Positions 35,250 to 40,891 of a stretch of DNA of 40,891 bases are shown here, piece after piece. The notes beneath the pieces were generated by a model that was not told where the DNA came from, did not search any database, and worked only from the letters and a program-made list of their open reading frames with translations. Source of the stretch: an uncultured Clostridia bacterium (GTDB lineage: Bacteria > Bacillota > Clostridia > Oscillospirales > UBA644). Numbering within the stretch: position 1 is the first letter of the stretch; every line of letters starts with the position of its first letter. The stretch is from positions 1 through 40,891 of the forward strand of contig CALXAN010000061.1 in NCBI GenBank assembly GCA_944386305.1. Reading direction: 5' to 3'. The translations under genes and the position numbers were made by a program.

Positions 35250-38200
35250 ATGGCGAACGTCGATCCGAAGGTCATAGGCGCTCATTACGAGCAATTCGGC
35301 GAAACCCAAAGGGTTAATTTTGCTAAGATCCCCCAGATTCAGGAGATCCCCAACCTGATAGCCGTTCAGCTTGATTCGTACAGATGGTTTGTCGAAGAGG
35401 GCATGAAGTATGTGCTGAGAGATTCGTCCAACGTCGTGGACCATACGGGTACTATCGTGCTCGATTACATCGATTACACCATCGACAATACTCCTAAATA
35501 TTCCGTGGAGGAGTGCAAGGAGCGGGACGCTACATACGCCGCGCCCCTGAGAATAACCTGCAGGCTGACCAATACTGTCACCAAGGAGATACAGGATCAG
35601 GTCGTATTTTTCGGGGATTTTCCGCTTATGACCGAGACAGGGACGTTCATCATCAACGGCGCGGAGCGCGTGGTGGTCTCGCAGCTGGTCAGGTCTCCCG
35701 GCTGCTATTTTTCCTTTGAGATGGACAAGAGCGGCAACCGTCTGTACAGCGGCACCGTCATGCCCAACAGGGGCCCCTGGATAGAGTATGAGACCGACGC
35801 CAACGACGTGCTCTACGTGCGCGTGGACAAGGGCAAGAAGTTCCCCGTGACCATACTTATACGCGCGTTCGGCATAGAGTCGGACGAACAGATAAAGGAA
35901 GTATTCGGAGAAGATCCCTGCGTGAGCGCGACCCTTGACAAGGAGGCCGCCACCAGGCGCGAGGTCAATACCGGCGAATCCAGGCGCAGCCAGGCGCTCA
36001 AGGAGCTGTATCTTAAGCTGCGTCCCGGCGAGCCCGCCACGGCCGACGGCGCGCAGGCGCATATAAACAACCTGTTCTTCAACGAGCGCACATACGACCT
36101 TACCCGCGTGGGCCGGCACAAGTACAACAACAAGCTCGCCATCGGCGCAAGGATAGCCGGCAGGGCCGTCACCAGGCCCGTCGTAGACCCCATGACCGGC
36201 GAGCTGCTGGCCGATATCGGCGACGTCATATCCAAGGACCTGGCTTCTAAGATTGAGCGCGCGGGCGTGTTTGACGTTTATATCAATATAGACGAAAAAG
36301 AGTTCAGGGTCTTTTCAAACGGTATGGTCGATATGCGGGATTTCGTCGGCTTCGACGTGCAGAGCCTGGGCGTAAACGAGAAGGTTAAGTTCTCCGTGCT
36401 GCGCCAGATTCTCGACGAGGCGTCCGACGACGAGCAGATCCGCGAGCTTACCAGGCAGCGCCTGTCTCAGCTCATACCCATGACCATATGCACGGAGGAT
36501 ATCTTCGCTTCTATAAACTATATACTCGGACTCAGCCACGGCATAGGCTCCGTGGACGACATAGACCATTTGGGCAACCGCCGTATCCGCTCGGTCGGCG
36601 AGCTGCTGCAGAACCAGTTCCGCATAGGCTTCTCCCGCATGGAGAGGTCTATAAAGGAGCGCATGAACATGCAGAACCTGGAGGTGGTCACGCCCCAAAC
36701 CCTGCTGAACACCCGCCCGGTAATAGCGGCGATAAGGGAGTTTTTCGGTTCTTCGCCCCTGAGCCAGTTTATGGACCAGAACAACCCGCTGGCCGCCATC
36801 ACGCATAAGCGCCGTCTTTCGGCTTTGGGCCCCGGAGGCCTTACGAGAGACCGCGCCGGCTTTGACGTGCGCGACGTGCACTATACCCACTACGGGCGCA
36901 TGTGCCCCGTAGAGACTCCCGAAGGCCCGAATATAGGCCTTATCTCGTACCTGGCCAGCTATGCCAGGATAAACGAATACGGCTTCATCGAGGCCCCGTA
37001 CCGCAAGGTGGACAAGGCCACCGGCAAGATAACCGACGAGGTCGAGTACATGACCGCGGACGTGGAGGACAACTATATAGTGGCCCAGGCCAACGAACCC
37101 ATAGACGAAGAGGGCCGGTTCAAGAACGAGCGCGTGGCCGTGCGCTACAGGGACTCTATCATGGAGACCGACAGGGAGAATGTCGACTACATCGACGTGT
37201 CGCCCCGCATGGTCGTTTCGGTCGCCACGTCTCTTATCCCGTTTCTTGAAAACGACGACGCTATCCGCGCCCTCATGGGCTCGAACATGCAGCGTCAGGC
37301 CGTGCCCCTCATCTCTTCGGAGGCGCCCATTGTGGGAACGGGCATGGAATACCGTACGGGCATAGATTCCGGCGTGTGCGTCATAGCGCGCCGCGGCGGC
37401 GTGGTAGACAGCGTCGACGCCTGCCAAATAGTGGTGAGGACCGACGAGGGCGAACTGGACAAATACAGGACCACGAAGTTCCTGCGCTCCAACCAGGCCA
37501 CATGCATCAATAACAAGGTTATCGTCAAGGCCGGACAGCGCGTGGTCGAGGGCCAGGTGCTGGCCGACGGTCCTTCTACCGACCACGGCGAGCTGTCTTT
37601 GGGCCGCAATATGCTCATAGGCTTTATGACCTGGGAGGGCTACAACTATGAGGACGCAGTGCTTCTCAACGAGAGGCTGGTCAAAGAAGACCTCTATACG
37701 TCCATCCATATAGAAGAATACGAGATCGACGCCAAGGAGACCAAGCTGGGCCCCGAGGAGATCACCAGCGATATCCCGGGCGTCAGCAAGGACCTGCTGG
37801 CCAACCTCGACGACGACGGCATAGTCCGCATAGGCGCGGAGGTGCATTCGGGCGACATACTCGTCGGCAGAGTTTCGCCTAAGGGCGACGCGGAGCAGAC
37901 GGCTGAGGAGAGGCTGCTGCGGGCCATATTTGGAGAGAAGTCCCGGGAAGTCAGGGACACGTCTCTTAAAGTTCCGCACGGCGAGTCGGGCATCGTGGTT
38001 GACGTCAAGGTGTTTACGAGAGAAAACTCCAGCGAGTTGTCTCCCTCTACCAATAAGATAGTCAGGGTCTACCTGGCTCAGCGCAGGAAGATATCCGTGG
38101 GCGATAAGATGGCCGGCCGGCACGGCAACAAGGGCGTCATTTCCCGCATACTTCCGCAGGAGGATATGCCTTTCCTGCCCGACGGCACGCCGCTCGATAT

Positions 38201-39035
38201 CGTGCTCAACCCCCTGGGCGTCCCCTCGCGTATGAATATCGGTCAGGTGCTGGAGGTCCACCTCGGCTACGCCGCCAAGAAGCTGGGCTGGAAGGTCATG
38301 ACCCCCGTGTTCGACGGCGCCAAAGAGGAAGATATAACCAAGTGCCTTAAGCTCGCGGGCTACAGCGAGGACGGCAAGACTACCCTTTACGACGGGCGCA
38401 CGGGCCTGCCGTTCGACGGCCCCGTCACCGTAGGATATATGTATTATCTTAAGCTGCACCACCTTGTAGACGACAAGATTCACGCCCGTTCTACCGGCCC
38501 GTACTCTTTGGTTACGCAGCAGCCGCTCGGAGGCAAGGCGCAGTTCGGCGGTCAGCGCTTCGGAGAGATGGAGGTTTGGGCCCTGGAGGCTTACGGCGCG
38601 GCTTATACGCTGCAGGAGATGCTGACGGTCAAGTCCGACGACGTGGTCGGGCGTGTCAAGACTTTTGAAGCTATAGTAAAGGGCAAGAACGTGCCCAAGC
38701 CGGGTATTCCCGAGTCGTTTAAGGTATTGGTCAAGGAGATGCAGTCGCTGGGCCTGGACGTCAAGGTACTGGCCAAGGACATGCACGAGATAGATATTTC
38801 CACATCCGCCGAGGAGGACGACGACATGGGCTTTGAACCCCGCGACGCCTCCGATATGATGGGCGACGACGTCGGCTACAAGACGTTTGACGACGACGAT
38901 GCGCCCGGTTATTCCGCCGTTACCGAAGACGACGGCCTGGAATCCGATTTGGGCGATATATTCGGAGGTCCGGACGCCGACGGGGACGAGGACGATGACA
39001 TAGACGTCTCCGACGACGTCGAGACAGAAGATTGA
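35250..39035 (+). CDS. rpoB: DNA-directed RNA polymerase subunit beta
   Basis: [55 protein letters not shown]; likely start ATG 35250 after GGAG. Confidence 0.98.
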   Translation: MANVDPKVIGAHYEQFGETQRVNFAKIPQIQEIPNLIAVQLDSYRWFVEEGMKYVLRDSSNVVDHTGTIVLDYIDYTIDNTPKYSVEECKERDATYAAPLRITCRLTNTVTKEIQDQVVFFGDFPLMTETGTFIINGAERVVVSQLVRSPGCYFSFEMDKSGNRLYSGTVMPNRGPWIEYETDANDVLYVRVDKGKKFPVTILIRAFGIESDEQIKEVFGEDPCVSATLDKEAATRREVNTGESRRSQALKELYLKLRPGEPATADGAQAHINNLFFNERTYDLTRVGRHKYNNKLAIGARIAGRAVTRPVVDPMTGELLADIGDVISKDLASKIERAGVFDVYINIDEKEFRVFSNGMVDMRDFVGFDVQSLGVNEKVKFSVLRQILDEASDDEQIRELTRQRLSQLIPMTICTEDIFASINYILGLSHGIGSVDDIDHLGNRRIRSVGELLQNQFRIGFSRMERSIKERMNMQNLEVVTPQTLLNTRPVIAAIREFFGSSPLSQFMDQNNPLAAITHKRRLSALGPGGLTRDRAGFDVRDVHYTHYGRMCPVETPEGPNIGLISYLASYARINEYGFIEAPYRKVDKATGKITDEVEYMTADVEDNYIVAQANEPIDEEGRFKNERVAVRYRDSIMETDRENVDYIDVSPRMVVSVATSLIPFLENDDAIRALMGSNMQRQAVPLISSEAPIVGTGMEYRTGIDSGVCVIARRGGVVDSVDACQIVVRTDEGELDKYRTTKFLRSNQATCINNKVIVKAGQRVVEGQVLADGPSTDHGELSLGRNMLIGFMTWEGYNYEDAVLLNERLVKEDLYTSIHIEEYEIDAKETKLGPEEITSDIPGVSKDLLANLDDDGIVRIGAEVHSGDILVGRVSPKGDAEQTAEERLLRAIFGEKSREVRDTSLKVPHGESGIVVDVKVFTRENSSELSPSTNKIVRVYLAQRRKISVGDKMAGRHGNKGVISRILPQEDMPFLPDGTPLDIVLNPLGVPSRMNIGQVLEVHLGYAAKKLGWKVMTPVFDGAKEEDITKCLKLAGYSEDGKTTLYDGRTGLPFDGPVTVGYMYYLKLHHLVDDKIHARSTGPYSLVTQQPLGGKAQFGGQRFGEMEVWALEAYGAAYTLQEMLTVKSDDVVGRVKTFEAIVKGKNVPKPGIPESFKVLVKEMQSLGLDVKVLAKDMHEIDISTSAEEDDDMGFEPRDASDMMGDDVGYKTFDDDDAPGYSAVTEDDGLESDLGDIFGGPDADGDEDDDIDVSDDVETED

Positions 39036-39048
39036 GGAGGTCCGGTCA

Positions 39049-40891
<1,843 letters not shown>

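Noticed and set aside
36745-36840. Rifampicin-resistance allele in rpoB
   Set aside because: Residues equivalent to Q513, D516, H526 and S531 are wild type; SSPLSQF is a common clostridial variant.

Overview
Chromosomal window from an anaerobic, probably spore-forming Clostridia-class bacterium (spoIIID, Firmicutes-type rpoB/rpoC, sigmaA promoters). In order: the edge of a low-GC island (XRE regulator with twin palindromic operators), spoIIID, and three tandem paralogous secreted CBM9/DOMON-like surface proteins, the first cut by an in-frame TAG just before its membrane anchor. Next come a redox cluster (electron-bifurcating [FeFe]-hydrogenase hydCBA, nfnAB, an LDH-fold enzyme with the malate-specific Arg, gpmI, icd), an orphan XRE/ImmA-like pair, mrp/apbC, an orphan XhlA-like/holin-like pair, a guanidine-IV riboswitch with a PnuC-like gene, a sortase-type surface protein, TetR + flavodoxin, RNase P RNA, rpoB and the 5' part of rpoC. 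The most unusual signal is non-coding. (i) A dispersed ~170-285 bp structured element with ~19-bp terminal inverted repeats occurs 6 times at 3 loci, forms head-to-tail arrays joined at CAGCTTAAGCTG palindromes, and one copy carries an ~83-bp internal piece of a feoA gene in its loop. (ii) Most long intergenic gaps hold their own private degenerate tandem repeat, two of them seeded from the 3' end of the neighbouring gene. No CRISPR array, intact transposase, integrase or reverse transcriptase was seen. All calls were made by eye, without database searches.
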